From positions 4,801 through 68,800 of the forward strand of contig CAXIAX010000002.1 in NCBI GenBank assembly GCA_964021785.1: a stretch of 64,000 nt of DNA, read 5' to 3'. This stretch comes from an uncultured Flavobacteriales bacterium (GTDB lineage Bacteria; Bacteroidota; Bacteroidia; Flavobacteriales_D; CAJJDF01). The notes below the pieces were generated by a model. It searched no databases, was not told where the DNA came from, and saw only the letters and a list, made by a program, of their open reading frames with translations. The position numbers and the translations under genes are program-made. The stretch's first letter is position 1. Each line of letters opens with the position of its first letter. Shown piece by piece: positions 35,686 to 45,402 of the stretch.

Positions 35686-35907
35686 TTAATCACAAGATCC
35701 GCTAACGTATTCTACTCCTGCACATTCAGCATAAGATGAGTTGGCATAAGTTTTATTGTTACATCCACAAACCGGCTCATATTCTTGAGTTGTAGGACAT
35801 CCTTGCTCAAAGAATTCTTCACATTTACCAATTGTTTTTTTACAACTACTATTCAGGATGGTTGCTGCAAAGGCTACAGTTGCGATTAATAATATGTTCT
35901 TTTTCAT
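35686..35907 (-). CDS. Small lipoprotein with a Kazal-like domain
   Basis: 73 aa with the lipobox LNSSC. CPTTQEYEPVCGCNNKTYANSSYAEC...C fits the Kazal core Y-x-PVCG-x(3)-TY-x-N-x-C. Confidence 0.6.
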   Translation of the reverse strand: MKKNILLIATVAFAATILNSSCKKTIGKCEEFFEQGCPTTQEYEPVCGCNNKTYANSSYAECAGVEYVSGSCD

Positions 35908-35939
35908 AATTATTGTTTATTAACGTTCAATTTCTTGAT

Positions 35940-36179
35940 TTATTTCTCTTCTTTACATTTTCCTGGCACATAAGTTACATTACTGCAACCTGCATGGCAT
36001 GCATTGTAGTATGTCTTGTTATCACAACCACAAACTGGGTCGTAATTCTGAGCACAAACACAACTTTCTTCTGTACTTGGAACACAAGGTTCTGTTTTTT
36101 CTGTTAGCTCTGTTTTATTTACTTTACATGAAAATAACAAACTAGCAGAAAATAAAAAAATAGTTATACTTGATTTCAT
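35940..36179 (-). CDS. Small lipoprotein with a Kazal-like domain (paralogue of 35686..35907)
   Basis: 79 aa with the lipobox LFSC and the sequence CVCAQNYDPVCGCDNKTYYNACHAGC...C. Confidence 0.6.
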   Translation of the reverse strand: MKSSITIFLFSASLLFSCKVNKTELTEKTEPCVPSTEESCVCAQNYDPVCGCDNKTYYNACHAGCSNVTYVPGKCKEEK

Positions 36180-36257
36180 TGAAACAAATATAACTATTTT
36201 TTACTATTTAACAACCTCAATAATTTGCAGGAATTAACAGCAAATTGTTAATGCGGT

Positions 36258-38684
36258 TTATATTAATGCAATGTCTAGCACTTCTAGCATAGAATCTACA
36301 TAATGAAACTCTAATCCAACTAAATAATCTGGCTTAATCTCATCAATGTCTTTCTTATTACTTGTACATAGAATAATCTCTTTAATCCCAGCTCTTTTAG
36401 CGGCCAAGATTTTTTCTTTTATCCCTCCTACCGGCAATACTTTTCCTCTTAGCGTTATTTCTCCTGTCATTGCTAAGTTTGGTTTCACTTTCTTGTTCAT
36501 GAAGATAGAAGTCAAAGCAGTAAGAATTGTAATCCCTGCAGATGGTCCATCTTTTGGAGTTGCTCCTTCTGGCACGTGAATATGAACACTATTTTTTTCG
36601 AATTTCTCACGTTCTATTCCAATCTTATTGGCATTAGATTTTAAGTATTCCAATGCAATCACAGCACTTTCTTTCATTACATCTCCCAAGTTCCCGGTAA
36701 GAGTAAGTTTTTCTTTTCCTGGCGATAAACTAGTTTCAATAAATAAGATATCTCCTCCATTTTGAGTCCAAGCCAATCCTGTTACAACACCAGGAATATC
36801 ATTCCCTTGGTATTTATCTTTTGGATGTGCAGGCCCCAATATTTTGTTAAGCTCCTCTTTTTTAATTTCTACTGTATAGTTTTCATTCATTGCCAATTGC
36901 TTAGCTCTGTATCTTACCAATTTAGAAATTCTTTTTTCTAGTCCTCTCACTCCACTTTCATTCGTGTAGTTTTCTACTACAGCTTCAAGAGCTTCGTCAG
37001 ATATTTCTATTGAACTTTCTTTTACTCCTGTTTCTTTAATTTGTTTTGGTAGCAAAAATTTACGTGCTATCATTACTTTTTCTTCAATCGTGTATCCAGA
37101 AATTTCAATAATCTCCATTCTGTCTCTTAAGGCAGGCTGAATCGTATTTAAACTATTGGCAGTTGCCACGAACATTACATTGGATAAATCGTAATCCAAA
37201 TCCACAAAATTATCATTGAACGTAGAGTTTTGTTCTGGATCAAGAACTTCTAGCAATGCAGATGATGGATCTCCATGGGAATCTCTTGTCAATTTATCTA
37301 TTTCATCCAATACAAATACTGGGTTAGAAGTTTTTACTTTCTTTAAGTTTTGTAAAATTCTTCCTGGCATTGCACCAATGTATGTTTTTCTATGCCCTCT
37401 TATTTCTGCTTCATCCCTTAATCCACCAAGCGACATTCTCACATATTTTCTTCCCATTGCTTCTGCAATAGATTTACCCAAAGATGTTTTTCCTACTCCC
37501 GGAGGTCCATAAAGACAAAGAATTGGAGCTTTCATGTTCTTCTTTAATTTAAGAACGGCAAGGTGCTCAATTATTCTTTCTTTTACTTTATCCAATCCAA
37601 AATGATCTCTGTCCAATATTTCTTGAGCTCTTTGCAAGTCAAATTTATCTTTGGTCTTTTTCTTCCAAGGTAAATCTGTTAGTAACTGCAAGTAATTTAA
37701 CTGTACAGAGTATTCTGCAGCTTGCGGATTCATTCTTTCAAGTTTGCTCAATTCTTTGTAAAAAGTATTGTTTACTTTTTTACTCCATTTTTTCTTTTCA
37801 GCTTTTATTCTTAAGTCTTCTACCTCCTGTTGCGCAGGATTATTTCCCAATTCTTCTTGAATCTGGCGCATTTGTTGGTGCAAGAAATAATCTCTTTGCT
37901 GCTTATCTAAATCTGTTCTTACTTTGGATTGAATGTCGTTTTTCAATTCAAGTAATTGCAGTTCGTTCGTTAAGTTTTTTAATACCAACTTAGCTCTAGA
38001 AGTCATATCAATTTCTTCTAGCATCAATTGTTTTTCGCTCACATCTGCATTGATGTTTGAGGAAATAAAATTGATCATGAAATTAGGACTCTCAATGTTT
38101 TTTATTGCGAAAGAAGCTTCTGATGGTATAGAAGGAGATTCTTTAATAATTTTTAATGCCAAATCTTTTAAAGAAGAAAACAAAGCAAAAAACTCTGGAT
38201 CGTTTTCATCCGGTTTTGTTTCAATAGTTGTTTTTACTCTTGCTTTCAAATAGGGCTCTTCTTGAGTAAATTCTTCTATCTCGAATCTTCTCTTTCCTTG
38301 AATGATTACAGTTGTACTTCCATCAGGCATTTTAAGGTGCTTCAGGATTTGCCCTATTGTTCCTACTTTATTAATCTCTGATGAAGATGGATCTTCTATT
38401 TTATCGTCTTTTTGAGATACTACTCCCAATATTTTGTTTCCTGCATAGGCATCTTTTATCAATTTTATTGATTTGTCTCTGCCAACAGTAATAGGAATTA
38501 CAACTCCCGGGAAAAGCACATTATTTCTTAGCGAAAGGATTGGCATTTCTTCAGGAAATTCCTCTTTGTTCATTTCATTTTCATCTTCAGAGGTAATCAA
38601 AGGAATAAATTCCCCTTCGTCTGATGCTTGTGAAAATTGAAATATATTTTCTTCAAATGAATCGTTCATATTTTTTAAGGTCAT
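36258..38684 (-). CDS. lon: ATP-dependent Lon protease
   Basis: 808 aa with a LON N-domain, Walker A GPPGVGKTS, Walker B VFVLDEIDK and the protease serine motif PKDGPSAGIT. Confidence 0.95.
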   Translation of the reverse strand: MTLKNMNDSFEENIFQFSQASDEGEFIPLITSEDENEMNKEEFPEEMPILSLRNNVLFPGVVIPITVGRDKSIKLIKDAYAGNKILGVVSQKDDKIEDPSSSEINKVGTIGQILKHLKMPDGSTTVIIQGKRRFEIEEFTQEEPYLKARVKTTIETKPDENDPEFFALFSSLKDLALKIIKESPSIPSEASFAIKNIESPNFMINFISSNINADVSEKQLMLEEIDMTSRAKLVLKNLTNELQLLELKNDIQSKVRTDLDKQQRDYFLHQQMRQIQEELGNNPAQQEVEDLRIKAEKKKWSKKVNNTFYKELSKLERMNPQAAEYSVQLNYLQLLTDLPWKKKTKDKFDLQRAQEILDRDHFGLDKVKERIIEHLAVLKLKKNMKAPILCLYGPPGVGKTSLGKSIAEAMGRKYVRMSLGGLRDEAEIRGHRKTYIGAMPGRILQNLKKVKTSNPVFVLDEIDKLTRDSHGDPSSALLEVLDPEQNSTFNDNFVDLDYDLSNVMFVATANSLNTIQPALRDRMEIIEISGYTIEEKVMIARKFLLPKQIKETGVKESSIEISDEALEAVVENYTNESGVRGLEKRISKLVRYRAKQLAMNENYTVEIKKEELNKILGPAHPKDKYQGNDIPGVVTGLAWTQNGGDILFIETSLSPGKEKLTLTGNLGDVMKESAVIALEYLKSNANKIGIEREKFEKNSVHIHVPEGATPKDGPSAGITILTALTSIFMNKKVKPNLAMTGEITLRGKVLPVGGIKEKILAAKRAGIKEIILCTSNKKDIDEIKPDYLVGLEFHYVDSMLEVLDIALI

Positions 38685-38747
38685 TATGACATACTTAATT
38701 TAAAGTTATTACTTTAAAAAGCTATCGTATTTATATTGTTTAAAATA

Positions 38748-38770
38748 AAATCACTGAAAATCAGTGATTT
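38748..38770. promoter_or_regulatory. Perfect 10-bp-arm palindrome AAATCACTGA-aaa-TCAGTGATTT in the lon upstream/leader region
   Basis: Read directly from the sequence. It lies between the candidate lon -7 box (38806-38813) and the lon start codon (38684). Confidence 0.4.
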
Positions 38771-38805
38771 ATTATTTATTCTTTCTTGTTTCTACTTAAT
38801 ATTTT

Positions 38806-38813
38806 CAAACTTA
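38806..38813 (-). promoter_or_regulatory. Candidate -7 promoter box (TAAGTTTG) for lon
   Basis: The plus strand reads caaactta. The box sits ~120 nt upstream of the lon ATG. Confidence 0.3.
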
Positions 38814-38884
38814 GTGCCAAATAGAAATAACGGAAATTATGTCGCATATATACAGTCTAACCAATTGTAACTATATTTAAGCAT

Positions 38885-40045
38885 ATGAAAAAAACTATCC
38901 TTATTTCGTTTTTGTTATTCTCTCTTTTGGCTACAGCACAAAGTTATACTACGGGCAACATTTATTATGGCCATGATAGTTTAATCGAATACACTTGCGG
39001 AAACTTACCAATTATCCTTTCTTCTCCACACGGAGGATACGAATTACCATCTTCCCTACCCGATAGAAACTGTGTGGGTTGCGTAACAGGAAGAGATTCC
39101 TATACTCAAGAATTAACAAGAGAAATTGCAACCTCTATTTTTAATAAAACGGGATGCTACCCTCATGTAATAATAAATAAACTCCACCGAAAAAAACTAG
39201 ATGCAAACAGAGAAATTATAGAAGCTACAGACAGTAATTCTATTACTGAGAAATATTGGCATGATTACATGAATTATATTGATTCTGCAAAACAAATCAT
39301 TGTCTCAAATAGCACAAAAGGATTGTTTTTAGATATTCACGGGCATGGGCACTCCATACAAAGATTAGAACTGGGTTATTTACTTTCCGGAACTGATTTG
39401 AGAAAAAGTGACTCATTTATCAATACCATATCTATCAGTTCTAAATCTAGTGTTTTCAATTTACAATCCAATAATTTGAATTCCTATTCTCATTCACAAT
39501 TAATAAGAGGCACGAATAGTTTTGGGGCAATGATTCAAAGAAGAGGAATCCCAGCTGTTCCCTCCGACTCTATTCCTTTTCCCTTGGTAGGTGAATCCTA
39601 TTTTAACGGAGGGTATAATACTGTGAGATTTGGATCTAAAAACGGAGGAAGTATAGATGCAATTCAAATAGAATCGCATCAAGGAGTAAGATTTGATTCT
39701 ACCACAAGAGTGAAATTTGCCGATAGTCTGGCAGAAACGATTATAGAATATTTGGAAAAACATTACTTTACCAATTTCTCTACCAACTCCTGCCATCCTG
39801 TTTCTATCAAAGAAAAAAATGAGCTACAGACTGTTGCAGTTTACCCAAATCCAACAACTGGTTTAATAAATATTGATGGAGTTTCTGTGGGTTCTAAAAT
39901 TGATTTATATTCTGTAGAAGGGAAGTTTATTCTTACCTTTGATAATCGCAAATCGATTGATTTAAACCTCTTGAAAAATGGAATTTATTTCCTAAGAGTT
40001 TCTTCTGGCAGTTTTGTTAAATCCATTAAAATAATTAAAACCTAA
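38885..40045 (+). CDS. Secreted N-formylglutamate amidohydrolase-like protein with a T9SS type A C-terminal sorting domain
   Basis: 386 aa with a signal peptide. The SSPHGG and LDIHGHGH motifs are FGase-like (tentative). The C-terminus VYPNPTTGLINI...GIYFLRVSS...KIIK is a Por_Secre_tail-type CTD. Confidence 0.6.
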   Translation: MKKTILISFLLFSLLATAQSYTTGNIYYGHDSLIEYTCGNLPIILSSPHGGYELPSSLPDRNCVGCVTGRDSYTQELTREIATSIFNKTGCYPHVIINKLHRKKLDANREIIEATDSNSITEKYWHDYMNYIDSAKQIIVSNSTKGLFLDIHGHGHSIQRLELGYLLSGTDLRKSDSFINTISISSKSSVFNLQSNNLNSYSHSQLIRGTNSFGAMIQRRGIPAVPSDSIPFPLVGESYFNGGYNTVRFGSKNGGSIDAIQIESHQGVRFDSTTRVKFADSLAETIIEYLEKHYFTNFSTNSCHPVSIKEKNELQTVAVYPNPTTGLINIDGVSVGSKIDLYSVEGKFILTFDNRKSIDLNLLKNGIYFLRVSSGSFVKSIKIIKT

Positions 40046-40053
40046 TTCCTAAA

Positions 40054-40611
40054 ATGAACCTAGTAAATAATAAAACATTCGAAAACATTAACACCCTAGA
40101 ACGAGCAGAATACAATGAATGTACTTTTATTAACTGTAATTTTAGTGAACAAAAATTATTCAACATTACTTTCTCCGAGTGCGAATTTGAAAACTGTAAT
40201 TTAAGTAATTCAAAAATAGATCAATCTAGTTTTAAAGATGTTACTTTTAGAAATTGTAAATTAATGGGGTTGATTTTTGACTCATTAAATCCTTTCTTAT
40301 TGAAACTGAAATTTGAAAAGTGTCAATTAGATTACTCATCTTTTTATCAATTAAAAATACCAAAAACAAGTTTCAAAGACTGCAATTTGGTAGAAGTTGA
40401 TTTTACTGAAGCTATTCTAAGTCAATCAATATTTGCGAATTGCGAATTGACAAATGCGATTTTTGACAGAACAAATTTAGAGAAGGCAAATTTCACTACT
40501 GCCAACAACTACAACATAAATCCTTCGACAAACAAAATAAAAAAAGCCAGCTTTTCACAAGATGGATTAGCCGGCTTATTGCATACTTTTAATATTGTTA
40601 TTTCTCAATAA
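40054..40611 (+). CDS. Pentapeptide-repeat protein
   Basis: 185 aa with a continuous A(D/N)LxX-type five-residue periodicity (CNFSEQKLFNITFSECEFENCNLSNSKIDQSSF...). Confidence 0.8.
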   Translation: MNLVNNKTFENINTLERAEYNECTFINCNFSEQKLFNITFSECEFENCNLSNSKIDQSSFKDVTFRNCKLMGLIFDSLNPFLLKLKFEKCQLDYSSFYQLKIPKTSFKDCNLVEVDFTEAILSQSIFANCELTNAIFDRTNLEKANFTTANNYNINPSTNKIKKASFSQDGLAGLLHTFNIVISQ

Positions 40612-41389
40612 CCATTCTTTTTGTCATTGTTTTACCTTCTACTTCAATGGAATATAAATAAATTCCTTTGTTGATTTTATTAGCATCAAATTTTATAGTA
40701 TTCTCACCTTTTTTAGCGTTATAACTATTTCTGTAAACTACTTCTCCTAATAAATTCATAACATAAAAATTCACTTGAGATTCTTGGGTAACTGAATATG
40801 TAATATTTGTATAACTACTAAATGGGTTTGGTGAATTCTGTTTTAATTCAATCTTAGTTTCATTGCTTTTCAATTTAGTCTCAGAAGAAACATTTAATTC
40901 ATATCCAATTACTTCTTGGGTAATATACTCCCATGACTTATCTTTTTTGAATGTGGCCTTAAAAGTAATAACTAAGGGAAAATCTCCAGTTAAATTTGGA
41001 GTTCCTTTTAATCGAATAAAACCAAATTCATTTTCTTTCCAAGTACATGAAGTATTGTTGCAACTCACATCATCTGTTATGGAAGAGGCTGTAACAAAAT
41101 TCAAACCATTTGGTAAACCATAGATATCTTCTAGTTCAACAATCATCAACTCGCTATTTGTTAATGTGATAGAATTCAATTTATTAACAAAACTAGGAAT
41201 CTTAAAAGATATCACTACATTATAATCTCCTAAAACTATAGCACTAGGCAAATTATCCTCAATAGTTGGTATTAATTGCCAATTTTGAGTTAATAAAGAA
41301 GAATTGATTTGTGATTTTTCCTCTAGCTTTTCCTGAGAAAAACTTAATGAAGTTGACAGAACAAAAAAATAAAGTAATAGTTGTTTCAT
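40598..41389 (-). CDS. Hypothetical secreted protein with a T9SS type A C-terminal sorting domain
   Basis: 263 aa with a signal peptide. The C-terminus is QNSPNPFSSYTNITY...GIYLYSIEVEGKTMTKRMVIEK. Confidence 0.7.
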   Translation of the reverse strand: MKQLLLYFFVLSTSLSFSQEKLEEKSQINSSLLTQNWQLIPTIEDNLPSAIVLGDYNVVISFKIPSFVNKLNSITLTNSELMIVELEDIYGLPNGLNFVTASSITDDVSCNNTSCTWKENEFGFIRLKGTPNLTGDFPLVITFKATFKKDKSWEYITQEVIGYELNVSSETKLKSNETKIELKQNSPNPFSSYTNITYSVTQESQVNFYVMNLLGEVVYRNSYNAKKGENTIKFDANKINKGIYLYSIEVEGKTMTKRMVIEK

Positions 41390-41418
41390 AATAGTCTTTA
41401 CACTATTAATAACAATAA

Positions 41419-41757
41419 TTAAGCCATTAATTCTTCTCCTTCGTTCAAGTTTTCAGTAATGTTTAGAATTTTATCTAATTGAGAAATTACGATTAATTTT
41501 TTAACCATTTCTTGCATAGAGTTAATTACGAATTTTCCTTCTAATTCATTGCACAATCTGTTTCCTACCAATAATGCACTTAACCCTGAAGAATCACAAT
41601 ATTTAACCCCTGCTAGGTCTACTAATATATTTTTCTCTCCCTCTTTGTTCAGCATTACAAATTCTGCTTTAAGGTTTGGAGAAAGCGTACTATCCAATTT
41701 TTCAGTATTGATAGTCAATAAAGTGTGGTTCCCTTTTTTCTCTTTAGTTATTTCCAT
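41419..41757 (-). CDS. STAS-domain protein (anti-sigma-factor antagonist-like)
   Basis: 112 aa with VDLAGVKYCDSSGLSALLVGNR, the SpoIIAA/RsbV-type phospho-serine loop. Confidence 0.75.
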   Translation of the reverse strand: MEITKEKKGNHTLLTINTEKLDSTLSPNLKAEFVMLNKEGEKNILVDLAGVKYCDSSGLSALLVGNRLCNELEGKFVINSMQEMVKKLIVISQLDKILNITENLNEGEELMA

Positions 41758-41813
41758 AAAATGAATTGATAATAATTTTAATACAATATAATAATAATTT
41801 TAAAAATATTGAA

Positions 41814-42737
41814 TTATATTTTCCCTGCTAATAAATAGATTACAGCCATTCTCACTGCAACTCCGTTTTCTACTTGATTAAGAATAATAGAATTGTTTGA
41901 GTCGGCAATTTCACTAGATATCTCTACTCCTCTATTTATTGGCCCTGGATGCATAATTACTATGTCTTTCCCAATTTCATCCAATAATTCTTGAGTTAGT
42001 CCATACTGTAGAGTATATTCCTTTAAAGATGGAAAATATTTAATTTCTTGTCTTTCGTGTTGTATCCTTAGCATATTTGCTACGTCACACCATTCTAATG
42101 CTTTTTTTAAGTTTGTTTCTACTTCTACTCCTAGACTTTCTATATGTTTAGGCATTAGAGTTAGCGGGCCACAAACTTTTACATTTGCACCTAATTTTTT
42201 AAGGCAATGTATATTAGAAATTGCTACTCTAGAGTGTAATATATCTCCTACAATTACTACGTTTTTTCCTTTTACATCTCCTAGTTTTTCTCTTATAGAA
42301 TATGAATCTAGCAAAGCTTGAGTAGGATGTTCATGGGTTCCATCACCTGCATTAATAATTACAGAATCTATATGTTTAGACAGAAAAACTGCTGCTCCAG
42401 GACTTGGGTGCCTCATTACGACCATATCTACTTTCATTGCCAATATATTATTGACAGTATCTATTAAAGTCTCTCCTTTCTTTACACTTGAACTAGCTGC
42501 AGAAAAATTAACTACATCTGCAGATAATCTTTTCTCTGCCAATTCAAACGATAATTTTGTTCGAGTAGAGTTTTCAAAAAATAGATTAGCAATTGTAATA
42601 TCCCTCAAGGTTGGAACCTTTTTTATCGGTCTATTAATTACATCTTTAAAATTATCAGCTACCTTAAATATCATTTGGATATCTTCAGTAGTTAGGTCTT
42701 CAATTCCTAGTAAATGTTTTGTACTTAATGAATTCAT
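41814..42737 (-). CDS. pyrB: Aspartate carbamoyltransferase catalytic subunit
   Basis: 307 aa with FFENSTRTKLSFE, HPTQALLD and HPGPINRG motifs. It overlaps pyrR by 4 nt. Confidence 0.93.
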   Translation of the reverse strand: MNSLSTKHLLGIEDLTTEDIQMIFKVADNFKDVINRPIKKVPTLRDITIANLFFENSTRTKLSFELAEKRLSADVVNFSAASSSVKKGETLIDTVNNILAMKVDMVVMRHPSPGAAVFLSKHIDSVIINAGDGTHEHPTQALLDSYSIREKLGDVKGKNVVIVGDILHSRVAISNIHCLKKLGANVKVCGPLTLMPKHIESLGVEVETNLKKALEWCDVANMLRIQHERQEIKYFPSLKEYTLQYGLTQELLDEIGKDIVIMHPGPINRGVEISSEIADSNNSIILNQVENGVAVRMAVIYLLAGKI

Positions 42738-43276
42738 TTTTTTACCAATATTACTTTATCTATATCTTCTGTTTCTTTCCACATCACTTCCACCCTTTCG
42801 TTAGATAAGGTATCAATGTATTTCCCAACGTAGTTTGCTTCTATGGGTAAATTCCTACTAAATCTACGGTCTATCAATACCAATAACTCAATGGATGTTG
42901 GTCGTCCAAAAGTCATTAAAGCATCCATAGCGGCTCTTATAGTTCTTCCTGAAAATAGTACATCATCTACCAAGATGATTCGTTTGTTTTCTATAGAAAA
43001 ATCAAGATTATTTACGCTAGGCAGAAGGGGTTTATCTTTTCTACGGAAATCATCTCTAAAAAAAGTGGTATCAATTGCACCCGTGGTAACTTCTATTCCA
43101 CTCAGTTCTTTTAGTTTTTGTTGTAACCTATTGGCTACAAATATTCCTCTTGGTTGAACTCCAATTAAAATAGAATCTTCAAATAGATTGTGATTTTCGA
43201 TTAATTGCCTAGTTAATCTTGAAATAAGAATGTTGATTTCAGTCTTATTGAGTATTTCTCTCTCTTTTAAAATCAT
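42734..43276 (-). CDS. pyrR: Bifunctional pyr operon regulator / uracil phosphoribosyltransferase PyrR
   Basis: 180 aa with the PRPP-binding loop ILVDDVLFSGRTIRAA and a PyrR-type N-terminus. Confidence 0.9.
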   Translation of the reverse strand: MILKEREILNKTEINILISRLTRQLIENHNLFEDSILIGVQPRGIFVANRLQQKLKELSGIEVTTGAIDTTFFRDDFRRKDKPLLPSVNNLDFSIENKRIILVDDVLFSGRTIRAAMDALMTFGRPTSIELLVLIDRRFSRNLPIEANYVGKYIDTLSNERVEVMWKETEDIDKVILVKK

Positions 43277-43325
43277 TTAATAGCGGTTGTATTGCTAAGA
43301 GTAATTTATTCATTCAATTACTTAA

Positions 43326-43333
43326 CAAATGTA
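43326..43333 (-). promoter_or_regulatory. Candidate -7 promoter box (TACATTTG) for pyrR-pyrB
   Basis: The plus strand reads caaatgta. The box sits 50 nt upstream of the pyrR ATG, immediately downstream of the rpsA terminator. Confidence 0.3.
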
Positions 43334-43335
43334 AC

Positions 43336-43369
43336 AAAAAAAAACTCTCAGAATAAATTCTGAGAGTTT
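43336..43369 (-). terminator. Rho-independent terminator after rpsA
   Basis: actctcagaa/ttctgagagt forms a 10-bp stem, followed on the minus strand by T9. Confidence 0.8.
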
Positions 43370-43398
43370 TTAGTATGATTATTAGGTGAAATTAATTT

Positions 43399-45306
43399 CT
43401 ATTTCCCTTCTAATTTATCTTTTAAGCTTTGTAAAGCATCCATATCTCCTAAAGTAGATTTAGTGTTTGTGTTTACTTTTGTCATATTCTTAGCAGTATC
43501 TGCTTTGAATTTTTTAGCTTCTTTTTCTTGTGCTTCTTCAAAAGTACGAGTATGAGAAAGGATAATCTTACCATTAGAGTTATCAAACTCCAATACTACG
43601 AAATCCAATACTTCGTCCAATTTAGCTTTTTCACCATCTTCTTTCTTCAAGTGTCTAGCTGGTGCGTAACCTTCGATACCGTAAGGTAAAGAAACTACAG
43701 CTCCTGACTTAGGCTCAACTTTGATGATAGTTCCTGAGTGAGTTGATCCTTCAACAAATACAGATTCAAACTGCTCCCATGGTTTCTCTTCTAATTGTTT
43801 GTGTCCTAATGAAAGTTTTCTGTTTTCTTTGTCTAATTCAAGAACAATTACTTCTAACTCATCACTTACTGCACAAAACTCAGATGGGTGTTTGATTTTC
43901 TTATCCCAAGATAAATCTGAAACGTGGATTAATCCATCAATTCCTGGCTCAAGCTCAGTAAATACTCCAAAGTTTGTGAAGTTTCTTACTGTTGATTTGT
44001 GAGTAGAACCTACTGGGTACTTAGCTTCAATTCCTTCCCATGGATCTGGAGAAAGTTGTTTGATTCCAAGAGACATTTTTCTTTCCTCTCTATCAAGAGT
44101 TAATACTTGTGCATCTATTTCATCTCCAATTTTCAAGAAATCCTGAGCAGATCTTAAGTGCTGAGACCAAGACATTTCAGAAACGTGGATAAGACCTTCA
44201 ACTCCGTCAGCAATTTCAACAAATGCTCCGTAATCAGCCATTACCACAACTTTTCCTTTTACTTTATCTCCTACAGCCATTTTTTCATCTAATGAATCCC
44301 ATGGATGTGGCTCTAATTGTTTCAATCCAAGAGCAATTCTTTTCTTGTCGTCATTAAAGTCAAGGATTACAACATTGATTTTCTCATCTAATGTTACAAT
44401 TTCTTCTGGATGTTTGATTCTTTTCCAAGAAAGATCAGTAATATGGATAAGTCCATCTACACCTCCAAGGTCAACAAATACTCCGTATGAAGTTACGTTT
44501 TTCACGATACCTTGTAATACCTGTCCTTTTTCAAGACCAGACATAATTTGTTTCTTTTGTTCTTCAAGCTCAGCTTCGATAAGTGCTTTGTGAGATACAA
44601 CAACATTTTTAAATTCGTGGTTAATTTTCACAACCTTGAATTCCATGTTTTTACCTACATACTCATCATAATCTCTAATTGGTTTCACATCAATTTGTGA
44701 ACCTGGTAAGAATGCTTCGATTCCAAAAACATCTGCAATAAGTCCTCCTTTTGTTCTTGATTTTACTCTTCCAGTGATAATTTCACCAGTCTCAAGACAT
44801 TCGTTAACTTTTAACCATGCTCTGTGAATTCTAGCAATTTTGTGAGATACTTCTAATTGTCCTTTCTTGTTTTCAAGTTTTTCAACAATTAATTCAACCT
44901 CATCACCTACTGCTAAGTCTGGGTTATATCTAAATTCATTGATTGCAACAACACCTTCAGATTTGTAATCTAGGTTTATTACAACTTCTCTATCTCCAAT
45001 AGAAGATACTTTTCCAAGTACTAATTCTTTGTTTTTGATAGATCTTAGAGTTCCTTCGTATTTTTGAGCAATTGCAGCAGATTCTTCTTCAGTGTAAGTT
45101 TCTCCTGATGCATATTTGTCCCAGTCGAAGTTTTCTAAATCAATTTTCTCTTCTTCTGCTTTTTTCTCAGTGATGATAGCTTCCACTTCATCCTTCGTTT
45201 CTTCAGTAGATTTTGCAGCAACTTTTTCTGTTGATGTTTCTTCTACTTGGTTTGCCACTGTTTCTGGTGTAGATTCAGGTGCTTTGTCTTCTGTATTTTC
45301 AGACAT
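43399..45306 (-). CDS. rpsA: 30S ribosomal protein S1
   Basis: 635 aa with six S1 (OB-fold) repeats (e.g. G.V......G.FV......G..H.S) and an acidic N-terminal extension. Confidence 0.95.
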   Translation of the reverse strand: MSENTEDKAPESTPETVANQVEETSTEKVAAKSTEETKDEVEAIITEKKAEEEKIDLENFDWDKYASGETYTEEESAAIAQKYEGTLRSIKNKELVLGKVSSIGDREVVINLDYKSEGVVAINEFRYNPDLAVGDEVELIVEKLENKKGQLEVSHKIARIHRAWLKVNECLETGEIITGRVKSRTKGGLIADVFGIEAFLPGSQIDVKPIRDYDEYVGKNMEFKVVKINHEFKNVVVSHKALIEAELEEQKKQIMSGLEKGQVLQGIVKNVTSYGVFVDLGGVDGLIHITDLSWKRIKHPEEIVTLDEKINVVILDFNDDKKRIALGLKQLEPHPWDSLDEKMAVGDKVKGKVVVMADYGAFVEIADGVEGLIHVSEMSWSQHLRSAQDFLKIGDEIDAQVLTLDREERKMSLGIKQLSPDPWEGIEAKYPVGSTHKSTVRNFTNFGVFTELEPGIDGLIHVSDLSWDKKIKHPSEFCAVSDELEVIVLELDKENRKLSLGHKQLEEKPWEQFESVFVEGSTHSGTIIKVEPKSGAVVSLPYGIEGYAPARHLKKEDGEKAKLDEVLDFVVLEFDNSNGKIILSHTRTFEEAQEKEAKKFKADTAKNMTKVNTNTKSTLGDMDALQSLKDKLEGK

Positions 45307-45402
45307 ATACTAAATTTTGTATCTCGGTTTTCAGCCAAATCGAGAGGGTTTGTTATAATTAAAAAATAACCATAGGCTGACTCTGGTTTCCTTTACGGAC
45401 TG

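Noticed and set aside
43336-43369. The hairpin plus U-run between rpsA and pyrR as a PyrR-dependent transcription attenuator. Its 3' arm, UUCUGAGAG, loosely resembles the PyrR binding-loop core CCAGAGAGG.
   Set aside because: The best pyrR promoter candidate (TACATTTG, complement of 43326-43333) lies downstream of the hairpin, so the hairpin would not be in the pyrR leader. The match to the binding loop is partial, and no alternative antiterminator/anti-antiterminator pairing is evident. The simplest reading is that this is the rpsA terminator.
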